A DNA stretch of 64,000 bases, from positions 112,346,001 to 112,410,000 of the forward strand of contig CM059431.1 of the NCBI GenBank assembly GCA_030390025.1, given 5' to 3'. Numbering within the stretch: the first letter of the stretch is position 1; every line of letters starts with the position of its first letter. A model generated the notes under the pieces. The model was not told where the DNA came from. It made no database searches and saw only the letters and a list, made by a program, of their open reading frames with translations. This DNA comes from Squalus acanthias. Its lineage: Eukaryota. Positions 11,577-23,363 of the stretch are shown here, piece by piece. A program made the position numbers and the translations under genes.

Positions 11577-12900
11577 TGTAGGGGGTGGTGTGTTAGGGTC
11601 AGTCTCACCTCTGACTCAGTGAGCGCTTCGAATCGCTCCCACGCCCCTGGTTCTAGACCTTGGACTTATTTAGGGGTTGTGAACAAAGATGCAGTAGACA
11701 ACAGGTTTTGATGAAAGAACTTTGACTTTTATTCAAGGAAGTAAAACACCACACAAACACTCTTATCACTCTAAAGGTGGGGAACACTTCGGTACAAGCG
11801 AGGGAAATAACATTAGAATACTTCACCCCTCCCAATCCCACTTCACTAGCTAGGTTGGACTCTGGAGAACCAGGGGTAATGCTCACCAAATGAATCCTTG
11901 ACAGTTTAGAGTTAGGGTTTAGAATCTTGAGTAAAAGGTTTCGTAAGGCCCTTGTTGCCGCAAGGTGTCCGATGGTCACCTGAGGCAGTCGCTCTGGTTT
12001 CTTCTTGCGTGTCAGTCTGCTTGTGAAGCTGTTGGCCTTCTTTGTTCAACTTCTTGCTGTAACTCTGCCTCTGTTTAAACTGTCTTCTTCCGAGCTGTGG
12101 AACTGCCTTCTGCCTGCTTGTCCTGAACTCTGTTCAACACAGGCTTTCAATTCTGTTGAACTTGAACTCTTTTCTGGAGAACTTCAACTGTTGTAACTGC
12201 TTGATGGGCCTTCAATTATACTAAATTGAAGTGGCCTTGTCAAAACCAATCAAATTCTGGTCATTGTAAGACCTCGTTAACAGTAACGACTTTACTAAGT
12301 GTCAAATGGCTTACGTCCTGTCGATCTCTTCGGTTGATTACAGGTGATTGGTTTTGTGTTGAAGTGATTTAGGTTTCAGTTGAGGCCTGTTCATTCTATT
12401 GTCTTAGGTTTTTGGCGGGCTTGTTAACCTGTCCCTGTAGATACTGGGCTAATTGGGTTTTGATGGGGTGATGGGTGTACGGAATGTTTTATTGTTTTCA
12501 GGCTTCTAGCATCCTGTTTGGGCCTGGGGATATTCAAAAGGTGTCTTGAATTATTCAATTTTGGATGTGTTCGTGAGGTTTTGGGTGAGGTTCTTCCTCC
12601 TGCCTGGATTGCAGTGCAAACAAATTCCAGACAGCTTGACTGGGGCCCAATATCCAAAAGCTGTCCACTGCCTCGCCACCCCCCCCACCCCCCCCCCCCA
12701 TTTGTTTTTCCCAATAGTCATATCCAAAAGTCATTTTCCTCAGGGGTTTTCTTCCCTGATCTTTAAAAATGTCCAAAACTGAGGTTTTTGCCTCAAATCA
12801 CTTCATTTAGATCCCATCATCCCAAATTCGTATGAAAAATCCCCAAATCACCCCTTTTAGGGTTCTATACGAGTTTCTGGGGAATTTTGCGAAGTTTACA
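11577..12900 (-). mobile_element. Solo LTR, family A copy 3 (no matching TSD)
   Basis: TGTAGGGGGTGG..TTTACA; homologous blocks to copies 1 and 2; flanks AATG / CTTG. Confidence 0.8.
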
Positions 12901-14356
12901 CTTGGTGGGAACAGCCATTTCCGCCAAAGTTCCAGCAAGAAATTGGAAGAACCCCCACTGGAAATTCCAGGTGTACATTTTTGTTTTGAAGTTGTTCCAC
13001 TCCCAAAATATATGCAAGGAGTCAAGAGGAACAGGAAATACGGGTAAGGAAAAATGGTTTAATTTTTATGGAAAAAGGATTAGAACGTACAGCATAGATT
13101 AGAATGAACATCAGAAAAGTTCAAATATAATCAGGGAGGGAGATCAAGGCCAGACGAGCAGATGTGAAACGTTGACAAATATATTGTACTTTTATGTTTA
13201 TTTTTATACTTTAGGATTAATGCCATATTAATAAAGGTACTCCTAACATTTGAAAAGCTTTATTGCCATAATCCCCGAGTTTGTTGCAACTTCACAGTAT
13301 TTTAAGGTGGAAACTATGAAAAAGCGCAGGGACGGTGGTTAAATGGGGTCGGAAGGAGCAGTCAGCAATCGAAGGGTTAATTAGCTGCTTCCAGCAGTCT
13401 AAGAAGGATGACAACATTTAACATTTTGATTCATACTTTTGAATTGAAAGTTCTTTGATGAGATTGACTCTGGTTTCCGTATCCATTGAGAAGGCATTTC
13501 CTGAACTTTTTGGTGGCTGATGTTCCAGGCATTCCATGGGAAATCTCTTCAATATCTTCAGTGATTTCACTTTTGACTTGTCTGCTCCCTATACTGCAAC
13601 ATTTTGAAGAATGCACCACATGGTAAAAATTTGCACTTCTGTGTAAGAAACTTACCCGAGTGTGAAGCACTCCTGCTCCTTCCGACCCCATTTAACCAAC
13701 GTCCTCTCTGGACCCCGCATACCTCCCTGCCCGCCAGCCCCTAATTTCCTATGCTCCCGGCCCGACCCCTGTTCGCCCTCCCCTCTGCAGCCCCAGGCCC
13801 TGATCTGCCACGCTCCCGGCTCCTGCGACGTCAGGCCCGCCCCCAATCCCGACCCACGCCACGTCAAGCCTCCTGATCCCAACCCCCAGCCAACAGGACT
13901 AGAAGCTCCCTGATCCTGACCCCCTCACGACTATAGGCCTCCCGATCCCAACGTCCTCCACTACAGGCCCCCCGACCCTCAGACTGACCCGCAGCCCCGA
14001 CCCCCGAACCCTGACACTGCATTGTCCTATCCCCCCATCCCCGACCCGACCCCTGGACTCAATTGCCCAAGGGCCACTGTGATGCTAGCAGCAGCCCCAT
14101 TTCTCACCATTCCTCTCTAATCTTTGCCGGTGGCTGAAGTGGCATGCCAGCTCTGTTACAATGAGGTCCGATGCCCAATATCAAGGGAAGCTCGGACCAC
14201 AGCATTCTGGCGCAGGGTATAAACCCCACCCCCCATCACCGTGCACCCAAAAATGGACGCTCCCAAATTTCTAGGCATATGTGCTCAGATCTTGCAGTGT
14301 TTCTTGAAGCTACAGCATTCTGACTTATAGGTTAGAGTATGACTAACTAAGGCAAA

Positions 14357-15463
14357 GGCCCCGATATTTACTGGGGCGGGATTGCCGAATGGGGGTAGCA
14401 GTTATAATACGGGTTTCCCCGAACGCTGCGGTGTTTTAACTCCAAGGCGTGCGCTGCAGCAGGGGGCACAGCCCTGGAGCAGGTAAGTTTGGTGCTGCTG
14501 GGGGTGGTCATCACGAGGGAGGGGTGGTTACAGCGTTGTTTGGAGGGTCAGGGTGATCGCAGGGGGTCGGGAGAGATATGGGGCAGATGTGGGGAAGTCG
14601 GGGAGAGATCGGTGGGAGAGTCGGAGAGTGATCGGGCAGAGATGGTGGGGGCCGGGGAGAGATTGGAGGGAGAATCAGAGATCGGAGTGAGAGTTGGGGG
14701 GAATCGGAGTAAGAGATGGGGTGATAGGGGAGAGATCGGAGGGAGAGTCAGAGATCGGAGTGAGAGTTGGGGGGAATCGGAGTGAGAGATGGGGTGATAG
14801 GGGAGAGATCGGAGGGAGAGTCAGAGATCGGAGTGCGAGATGGGATGATAGGGGAGAGATCGGAGGGAGAGTCGGAGATCGGAGTGAGAGATGGGGGGAT
14901 TCGGAGTGAGAGATGGGGTGATAGGGGCGGAGGGAGAGTCGGAGATCTGAGTGAGAGATGGAGAGTTGGGGGGATTCAGAGGGAGAATCGGAGATCACGG
15001 GGGGGGGGCGGGGGTTGGTGACCACGAAGGTGTTGGGGGGTGATCGTGGAGGTGGTTGGGGGGGGATGCGGTTTACAGGTTAACTTGTTGTGAGGGGGTC
15101 TCCGATTGCGGGGGGTGGGTTATGTAGGGACCCTGGATCCAGGAGGTAGGTATAAAGGCAGTTACCTCTTGGATCCTGCAATCCCCGCCTTGCTGTAACT
15201 GCTGGGTTTTACGAATTGTGTAAAACCCGTCCACGTACAGTTAAAAACAAAATGGAGGATGAAAAAGAGGCTTCCAGCCTCATTATAATATTTAAATTGA
15301 TGTCCCGCCTCCTGGGAGCGGGTTGGTTGCCCACCCCCGTCCCGCCTCCGTTAAAATCGGAAGTGGGCGGGTTGGAGGTGGGTTCAGGTCGGAAATCCCA
15401 TTTTTAACAATTTAACTACCCCACGCCCCAACCCACCTGCTTTTTTAGGTTAAAATTCCCCCC
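14357..15463. mobile_element. Probable Harbinger-type non-autonomous element with internal GA-rich minisatellite
   Basis: Weak TIR-like ends (GGCCCCGATATTTA / TAAAATTCCCCCC); GGGCGGG and TTAAAAT subterminal motifs. Confidence 0.5.
14590..15000 (+). repeat. Purine-rich minisatellite built from GGGAGAGATCGGAG-like units
   Basis: Repeated GATCGGAG(G/T)GAGAG blocks; similar short tract at 30557-30665. Confidence 0.85.
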
Positions 15464-15609
15464 AACATTCCAAAAGTGCCTTCCACTGGTCATCTCTACA
15501 AAGTTAAGAATATATTTTTGGACATATAGTCAAGTGGCTTTCAATTATCCTATTATTATTTGATTGACATTGTTGATAACAGCTTCACTTAATAACATAA
15601 GAGCAGGAA

Positions 15610-16685
15610 TAACAACAGAAAACGCTGGAAAAACTCAGCAGGCCAGGTAACATCCGTGGAGAGAGAAACAGAGCTAACGTTTCAGGTCAAAGACCCTTCG
15701 TCAGAACTGAGAAAAAAGCAGGAAATGAAACAGATAAAAAAGCAAGGGGGAGGGGGAATAAAAGAACAAAAGGGGAGGTCTATGATAAGTAGAGACATTA
15801 AGAGATGCTCAAGGCAAGACGAGATGGTAATAGGACAGGTTAAGAAACAAAAGATGGCTCAGAAGTGTGAAGTGTGAAATGCTGGCAGAATGAGAGACAG
15901 CTGCTGTGGGGGAGAGAGAGGAAAAAAAAAAGGGAAAAGGCACAAACCAAAAGGGTGGATAAAATGTATATATGGTGGGGGCCGAGGTTATGATCTGAAA
16001 TTGTTGAACTCGATATTGAGTCCGGAAGGTTGTAAAGTGCCTAATCGGAAGATGAGGTGCTGTTCCTCAAGCTTACGCTGAGCTTCCGTGGAACAATGCG
16101 AGAGGCCGAGATGGTGAGGTCTGAGTGGGCGTGGAGCGGTGAATTAAAATGACAAGCGACCGGAAGCTCGGGGTCACCCTTAGGGACTGAACGGAGGTGT
16201 TCCGCAAAGCAGTCACCCAATCTGTGTTTGGTCTCCCCAATGTAGAGGAGACCACATCGTGAGCAGCGAATACAGTATACTAGATTGCAAGAAGTACAAG
16301 TAAATCACTGTTTCACCTGGAAGGGGTGTTTGGGGCCCTGGAGAGTGGGAAGGGGGGATGTATAAGGGCAGGTGTTGCATCTCCTGCGCTTGCACGGGAA
16401 GGTGCCGGGTGAAGGGGAAGGGGTGCTGGGGGTGATAGAGGAGTGGACTAGGGTGTCTCGGAGGGAGCGGTCCCTACGGAATGCTGAAAGGGAAGGTGAG
16501 GGGAAGATACGTTTGGTGGTGGATCACGTTGGAGGTGGCGGAAATGGCGGAGGATGATCCGTTGAATGTGGAGGCTGGTGGGGTGAAAGGCGAGGACAAG
16601 GGGAACTCGATCGTGGTTCCGGGAGGGAGGGGCCGGGGTGAGAGCAGAAGTGCAGGAGATAGAACGGACACGGTCGAGGGCCTGT
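15610..16685 (-). mobile_element. Penelope-like retroelement 3' part (GIY-YIG endonuclease remnant plus pseudo-LTR)
   Basis: Minus strand FTCTSCNLVYCIRCSRCGLLYIGETKHRLGDCFAEHLRSV; RVPLVLAFHP linker; hammerhead motif in terminal repeat. Confidence 0.9.
15672..15708 (-). ncRNA. Minimal hammerhead ribozyme motif
   Basis: AGTT CTGACGA A GGGTC TTT GACCT GAAAC GTT AGCT. Confidence 0.75.
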
Positions 16686-18049
16686 GTCGACCACGGTACA
16701 GGGGAATAAGAGCAGGAGTCGGCCATTCGGCCCTTCGAGCCTGCTCCGCCATTCAATAAGATCATGGCTGATCTATTACCTCAACTCAAATCCACCTTCC
16801 CGCACTATCCACATATCCCTTGGTTCCCTTATCGATCGCTATCTCGAATATGCCCAATGACTGAGCAATTTCAATCACATTGATTTGAAACTTTCAACAA
16901 ATGATCCTCAAGGAATCTCCAAGGAAGGATCCCCAAGAAAGTTCCCTAAGCTTCAACAATGCAGCTTGACTCAAAATAAAAGAATCATGAATTAATAAAG
17001 GGTAACTTGCACTCATAAGCTACATTTTACAATTGGCACTAGATACTTTACCTGTATATTGGGGCAGTAATATCCCTTGTGTGTGATGCAAGCCGCAGAA
17101 TTATTTATCGGGATCCTGATTTCAATATTTATGCAGCCCACTGCCCCCAGGATACAGGGGAATCTAGCACGGCATAAAAACATTGCTGTGTGACAACCTG
17201 CATCTCTAGTGACTGGCCAAAGCTGTAACTCCTTGTTATTAGTAGAAGTGCATAATTCACCACTTCAGTTCAATTGCACACAGTGAGCTTAGCAATTCCA
17301 TCAAATCCCTTCCTGTGAACTGGAGGGAGCTTGTGACTCAGCATTTGATTTTGCAGCAGTCAACTGTAGCAATCAGGAAGGGCTGTAGCAATCAGGAATG
17401 GAAAGTCAAGAGTGCCACTAAGAATATGGCAGAGGTTGGGTCGGGCATCACAGAACGCTTGTGCAATACTGCTGTTCAGTCAAAATCAAGCAACTGGTTA
17501 GTAGATGCTGTCAACAGGATTTTCTTTTCTCTGCCATAGACCACTTCCCCCTCTGTCTAAGGAAATACTTAACTGACGTCAATCCTAAATCAATCTTCTC
17601 TTGCTGTAATGTATCTTAAAATATCGTTTCAAGATTACTTTCTCTATTTTGTTAATTATCATGTACTTGTATAAGGTCCCTTCTGAAATGTGGCTCATGA
17701 GGCGTTTCTGAGCTCAGGGATTGTGTATCTAACTGGTGCTATTTAATTCTAATTGAGTTGTAACAAATTGCCACACATAGACTTCAATGGGGATAATAAT
17801 ACTTACTTTTTTATTTTATTCCGATCTGTTCCCTGCCACCAATTAGTTTCCTAATTGGCATTTTAGTCAAAGTGCAGTAAAATGCATGGAGAGTTTATAT
17901 GGAGAATATTGTCATTTCAGTTCAGTCCAGGCGGCAGTATATCACTGAGTGTGCAGTAATATTGTCCACCCACAATCTAGGCACTAGTCCTTTGTATCCA
18001 AATACCAATATCTGGTTTTATATTTCATTAAAAAACGAAGTCAAAAGAT

Positions 18050-18697
18050 AAGGTGGTTAAGAAGGCATATGGAATGCTTGCCTTTATTAGCCGTGGCATC
18101 GAATACAAGAGCAGGGGGGGTTATGCTTCAACTGTATAAAACACTAGTTAGGCCTTAGCTAGAGTACTGCGTGCAGTTCTGGTCACCACATTACAGGAAA
18201 GATGTGATTGCACTAGAGAGGGTACAAAGGAGATTTACAAGGATGTTGCCGGGAGTAGAGAATCTTAGCTATGAGGAAAGACTGGATAGGCTGGGTTTGT
18301 TTTCCTTGGAACAGAGGAGGCTGAGGGGAGACCTTATTGAGGTGTATAAAATTATGAGAGGCCTAGATAAAGTGGATAGAAAGGACCTATTTCCCTTAGC
18401 AGAGGGGTCAAAAACCAGGGGGCACAGATTTAAAGTAATTGGTGGAAGGTTTAGAGGGGAAATTTCTTCACCCAGAGGGTGTGGGGGTCTGGAACTCACT
18501 ACCTGAAAGGGTGGTAGAGGCAGAAACCCTAACCACATTTAAAAAGTACTTGGATGTGCACTTGGGATGCTGTAACCTGCAGGGCTATGGACCAAGAGCT
18601 GGGAAGTGGGATTAGGCTGGATAGCTCTTTGTTGGCCGGCACGGACACGATGGGCCAAAATGGCCTCCTTCCGTGCTGTAACTTCCTATGATTCTAT
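18050..18697 (+). mobile_element. CR1 3' fragment
   Basis: QFWSPHYRKD..LERVQRRFTRM; CTATGATTCTA tail. Confidence 0.9.
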
Positions 18698-18935
18698 AAG
18701 CAATAAATTCACTTCGAAGTATTTGCATTCAGATTGGATTGGCTGCCTCACACTGATGTATAGCATTATGTCACTGTTCCAAATGTATCAGAATTTACTC
18801 TGAGGGCATTATCATCATAAGGGCTCTGGAAAATGGGTTCAAAAGGAATGCTTTTGAAAAATGGAAAATGGGAAATACGGTTGTTTGTAATCTGAGTTCA
18901 GCGGAAACAATAGATAAGGAAGTATTAAATACGTT

Positions 18936-19699
18936 GGGCCAGAAATTCGGCTCTCCGGCTTCCCGCGGGTGCAAGCATCGCGCGCGTACTTACCTACCGC
19001 GCCTGCTGTTGTGCTTCGGGCCCATGAGGACTTCGGGTCCTGGGCCTCCTGCAGCTGCCGACGCGCAGTGCTTGTGTATCCCAGGGGCGCAGTTAGTTCG
19101 AAGCGTCCCCTGGGATCACGTGGGCCATGGAGAGCCAATCGGAGCAGGGCATTTTCATTCATAGATTTGACAGGAAGACCTGTCAAATCTATGAATAGAG
19201 ATCGGCCCCAAAACCACACTTAAACTTCAAATATTTTTTTTTTTTAAATCACATTTTTAAAATAACTATAAGTTACATAAATTAACTACTTTAAACAAAA
19301 ATTAAAATTTTTGAAAAAATTAATTATACTTTTTAACGGTGCTAAAATAAACTTACCTTTCTTTAAAGTATGTAATAATGATAAACCTGTTGAAAAAATG
19401 TTTAAATTGTAATTAATTAACCACTTACCTTGTTAAAAACAGGCCTTGGGCCTCCTTTTTAAAAGCGCAGCTTCTCCATACTTACCCTCACGGAGAAACC
19501 TGAAAAAAAAAAACGAAGTTCGCTGCATGCGCGCAGCCTCTCCCGCGCACGCGTTCGACTTCTGAACCCCTCCCTTCAGGGGAACGGAAGTTCCGCTTTC
19601 CCGCGCATGCGCAGTGCATGCGGGAAACCGGCACTTCAGGTGGCCTTACGGGTGAGTACACAACGCGTACTCACCCGACAAGAGCCGAATTTCTGGCCC
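18936..19699. mobile_element. Harbinger-type MITE
   Basis: Perfect 19-bp TIR GGGCCAGAAATTCGGCTCT; 3-bp TSD GTT; GC-rich arms, AT-rich core. Confidence 0.9.
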
Positions 19700-19855
19700 G
19701 TTATGTAATATTCATCAGAGCTGGAGGTTGAAATGCAGGCAACTGAGAGAGGAAGTAGGAATCCAACAGGTCCTACCGTTCCCAGTACTGACGGAGGAAG
19801 TGAATGTGGAACAAGCAAGACCCTAAGTGAACAAACAAGATCAGCTGATATGAAC

Positions 19856-20010
19856 TAAGAAAGAAACATAAGAAATAGGAGCAGGAGTAGGCCATTTGGC
19901 CCCTCGAGCCTGCTCCGCCATTCAATAAGATCACGGCTGATCTTCTACCTCATCTCCACTTTCCTGCACTCTCCCCATATCCCTTGATTCCCTTAATATT
20001 CAAAAATCTC
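19856..20010 (-). mobile_element. Short CR1 3' tail (similar tails at ~16700-16865 and ~50060-50168)
   Basis: CATAAGAAATAGGAGCAGGAGTAGGCCAT..CTCGAGCCTGCTCCGCCATTCAAT. Confidence 0.85.
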
Positions 20011-20757
20011 CTTCAAAAATTAACTCCACAAAGTATGTAGGGATAAAAGTAGAGGGGGGTGCTCACTGGGAAGAATGCAAAAGCCTTCAGACACATGTTA
20101 AAAAGGCGGTGAGAGGGAAAATATTAAGAGGATTTGACAACCTTAAGTGATGCTAACAGAGATGAAATTGAGGATGAACAGAGAACAGTTAAAAGTGACT
20201 TGGTTCAATTATTCTTTGAAAAGACTATTGTTTAGGGGAAACAATTTGTTGCAGTCTGACATGTTGCAACTAATCTCATAATTTTCGGGACCGACTGAAA
20301 AGGATCTGACTTCTAGCCTGCCAAGCGCAGTGTTACATCAAGTTCCCAAAATGAATAAAAAATCTCCATTCCTGCATAGTGTGGCCACTGAGACAGGTCC
20401 TGCTCTGGGTGGCACCAGTCGTGTCATTCTGTCCCACCCGCGTTGCTCGCTCCAACCCCCCCCTCCCGGGACCTACCTTCGGCCCACTGCCAGCGAGGCA
20501 AACAGCCCGACATTCGGCATTTGCAATGCACGAGTCGCATGTGACAGGCATCGGCAGCTCGCGCATAAAATGCCTCTCGGTTGGGGTCGCGTGGGGCCTG
20601 CCTAGCCTCGAGTCTGGGCCTGAAAACAGGGCCAGGATGAATTCCTACCCCAAAGTCTCTGAGTGATGGTTGAACAATTATTCCTCTGGGACCTGGGCTT
20701 GGTCTGTAGCTGGGAGAATTAAATCTTAAAAGATGAATGTTAATTCAGAATTAACGA

Positions 20758-23363
20758 TCAGCGAGAGGAGCGGCCGGAGTTAAAGGTAGGCCCGAAAGCC
20801 CGGAGGGAGCGCGAGCGTCAGGGAACGAGGTAAAAAAAAACGAAAGTGACGTCAGCACAAGGGAAGGAGCTGATTGGTGAGTAGCTGGTGATTTTTTTTT
20901 AAGTCTTGAGATTATTTCTGTTAAGTTAGTTAATAGTCTATTAAATAGAGGCATGGCACCTCAGTCCCGTGGAATGCACATCTTGTGCCATGTGGGAACT
21001 CCAGGGCGCTTCCTGTGTCCTGGACAACCACATGTGCAGGAGGAGTCATCAGCTGGAGGAGCTCGAGCTCCAGGTTTCAGAGCTTGAGCAGCAGCTGGTG
21101 TCACTGTGGTGCATCCGTGAGGCTGAGAGCACATTTCAGGAGGCGGTCACCCCGCTCCTTAAAAGTGTGCAGGCAGAGAGGGAATGGGTGACTGCCAGAC
21201 AGACAAGGAGGACCCTGAGTGTATCTCACTCTCTAACCGGTATTCAGTTCTAAATACTGGTGAGGGCAATGATTCCTCTGGGGAGTACAGTCAGATCCAA
21301 GGCCACAGCACCACAGGTGACTCAGCTGTACAGGGGGTGGAGGAGGAAGATCGGGAAAGCAATAGTGATAGAGGATTCAATAGTTAGGGGAACAAACAGG
21401 CATTTCTGCGGCCACAGACGTGATTCTAGGATGGTGTATTGCCTCCTTGGTGGCAGGGTCAAGGATGTCACTGAGCGGCTGCAGGACACTCTGAGGGTGA
21501 ACAGCCAGAGATCATGATCTATATTGGTATCAACAACATAGGTAGAAAGAGGGATGAGGTCCTGCAAGCAGATTTTAGGGAGCTAGGAAAGAGATTAATA
21601 AGCAGGACCTCAAAGGTAGTAATTGCCGGATTGTTCCCGGTGCCACGAGCTAGTGAGTATAAAAATAGGAGGATAGAGCAGATGAATGCGTGGCTGGACA
21701 GATTGTGCAGGAGGGAGGGCTTTAGATTCCTGCGATATTGGAACCGGTTCTGGGGGAGGTGGGACCTGTACAGGCTGAACGGTTGCACCTCAACAGAGCC
21801 GGGACCAATATCCTCGCCGGCGGGGGTTTGCTAGTGCTGTTGGGGAGGGTTTAAACTAATTTGGCAGGGGGTGGGCACCAGGATGTAGCATTAGAAAGGA
21901 GAAACAAAGTGCACAAAGGATTGGGAGAAACAGATAGCACTAGAGTAAGAAATAATACGGTATTAAGTGGGGTCAGACTAAGAGAGAATACAAGAAGGTC
22001 TAAGATAGGTTTACAGTGCATGTATGTAAACGCACGAAGCGTGGTAAATAAGGTTGGTGAGCTGCAGCCGCAAAAGCCACATGGGAATATGATGTTGTGG
22101 TGATAACAGAGACCTGGCTCAAAAAAAGGCAGGATTGGGTACTAAATATACCTGGATATAAGGTGTTCAGGAAAGAAAGGAAGTGGGGTGGCAGTATTGG
22201 TTAAGGAGAATGTTACAGTGCTGGAGAGAGAGGATGTCCTGGAGCAGTCAAGGACAGAATCTATTTGATTAGAGTTTAGAAACAATAGAGGTGCCATTAC
22301 ACTACTAGGTATATTTTATAGGCCACCAACTAGTGGGAAGGATATAGAGGAGCAAATTTGCAGGGAAATTACAGAGAAGTGCAAGAACTACAGAGTAGTG
22401 ATAATGGGTGACTTCAATTATCCTAATATAGACTGGGATAGAAATAGTGTAAAGGGCAGAGAAGGGGAAGAATTTCTGAAGTGTGTTCAGGAGAACTTTC
22501 TTGATCAGTAGGTTTCTGGCCCAATGAGGAAGGAGGCATTGCTGGATCTGGTTCTGGGGAATGAGATGGGTCAAGTGGAGCAAGTGTCAGGAGAGGAACA
22601 TTTAGGGAACAGTGATCACAGTATCATAAGGTTTAGATTAGCTATGGAAAAGGACAAGGAGCAATTTAGAGTAAAAATACTTAATTGGAGGAAGGCGAAT
22701 TTCAATGGGTTGAGAACAGATCTGGCCTGGGTAAATTGGAATCAAAGATTGGCAGATAAAATTGTAATCGAACAATGGGCTGCCTTTAAAGAGGAGATGG
22801 TTCAGGTACAGTCAAGGTACATTCCCACGAGGGGGAAAGGTAGGGCAACCAAAGCCAGAGCTCCCTGGATGACAAAAGAGATAGAGAGTAAGATGAAGCA
22901 GAAAAAGGGCGCATTTGACAGATGTCAGGTTGAGAATACAAGAGAGAACCAGGCTGAATATAGAAAGTTCAGAGGGGAAGTGAAAAAGGAAATAAAAGGG
23001 GCAAAGAGAAAGTATGAGAATAGATAGAGATAAGTGCATTTAAAATAAAAAAGGGGATATATTAATAAAAAGGGAATCCAAAAGTCTTCTATAAGCATAT
23101 AAATAGTAATTGGGTAGGAAGAGGAGGGGTGGGCCGATTATGGACCAAAAAGGAGACCTAAGCATGGAGGCAGAGGGCACAGCTGAGGTACTAAATGAGT
23201 ACTTTGCATCTGTCTTCACCAAGGAAGAAGATGCCGCCAAAGTCATAGTGAAAGAGGAGACCTACGCATGGAGGCAGAGGGCATGGCTGAGGTACTAAAT
23301 GAGTACTTTGCATCTGTCTTCACCAAGGAAGAAGATGCCGCCAAAGTCATAGTGAAAGAGGAG
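20758..23363 (+). mobile_element. Decayed CR1, 5' part (UTR, ORF1, endonuclease)
   Basis: CTSCAMWE zinc finger, IEDSIVRG esterase remnant, YVNARSVVNK, GNSDHS; many stops and frameshifts. Confidence 0.92.

Noticed and set aside
7203..12900. LTR copies 2 and 3 as the two ends of one provirus
   Set aside because: Copy 2 has its own TSD, the copies differ greatly, and no gag/pol or primer site was seen between them
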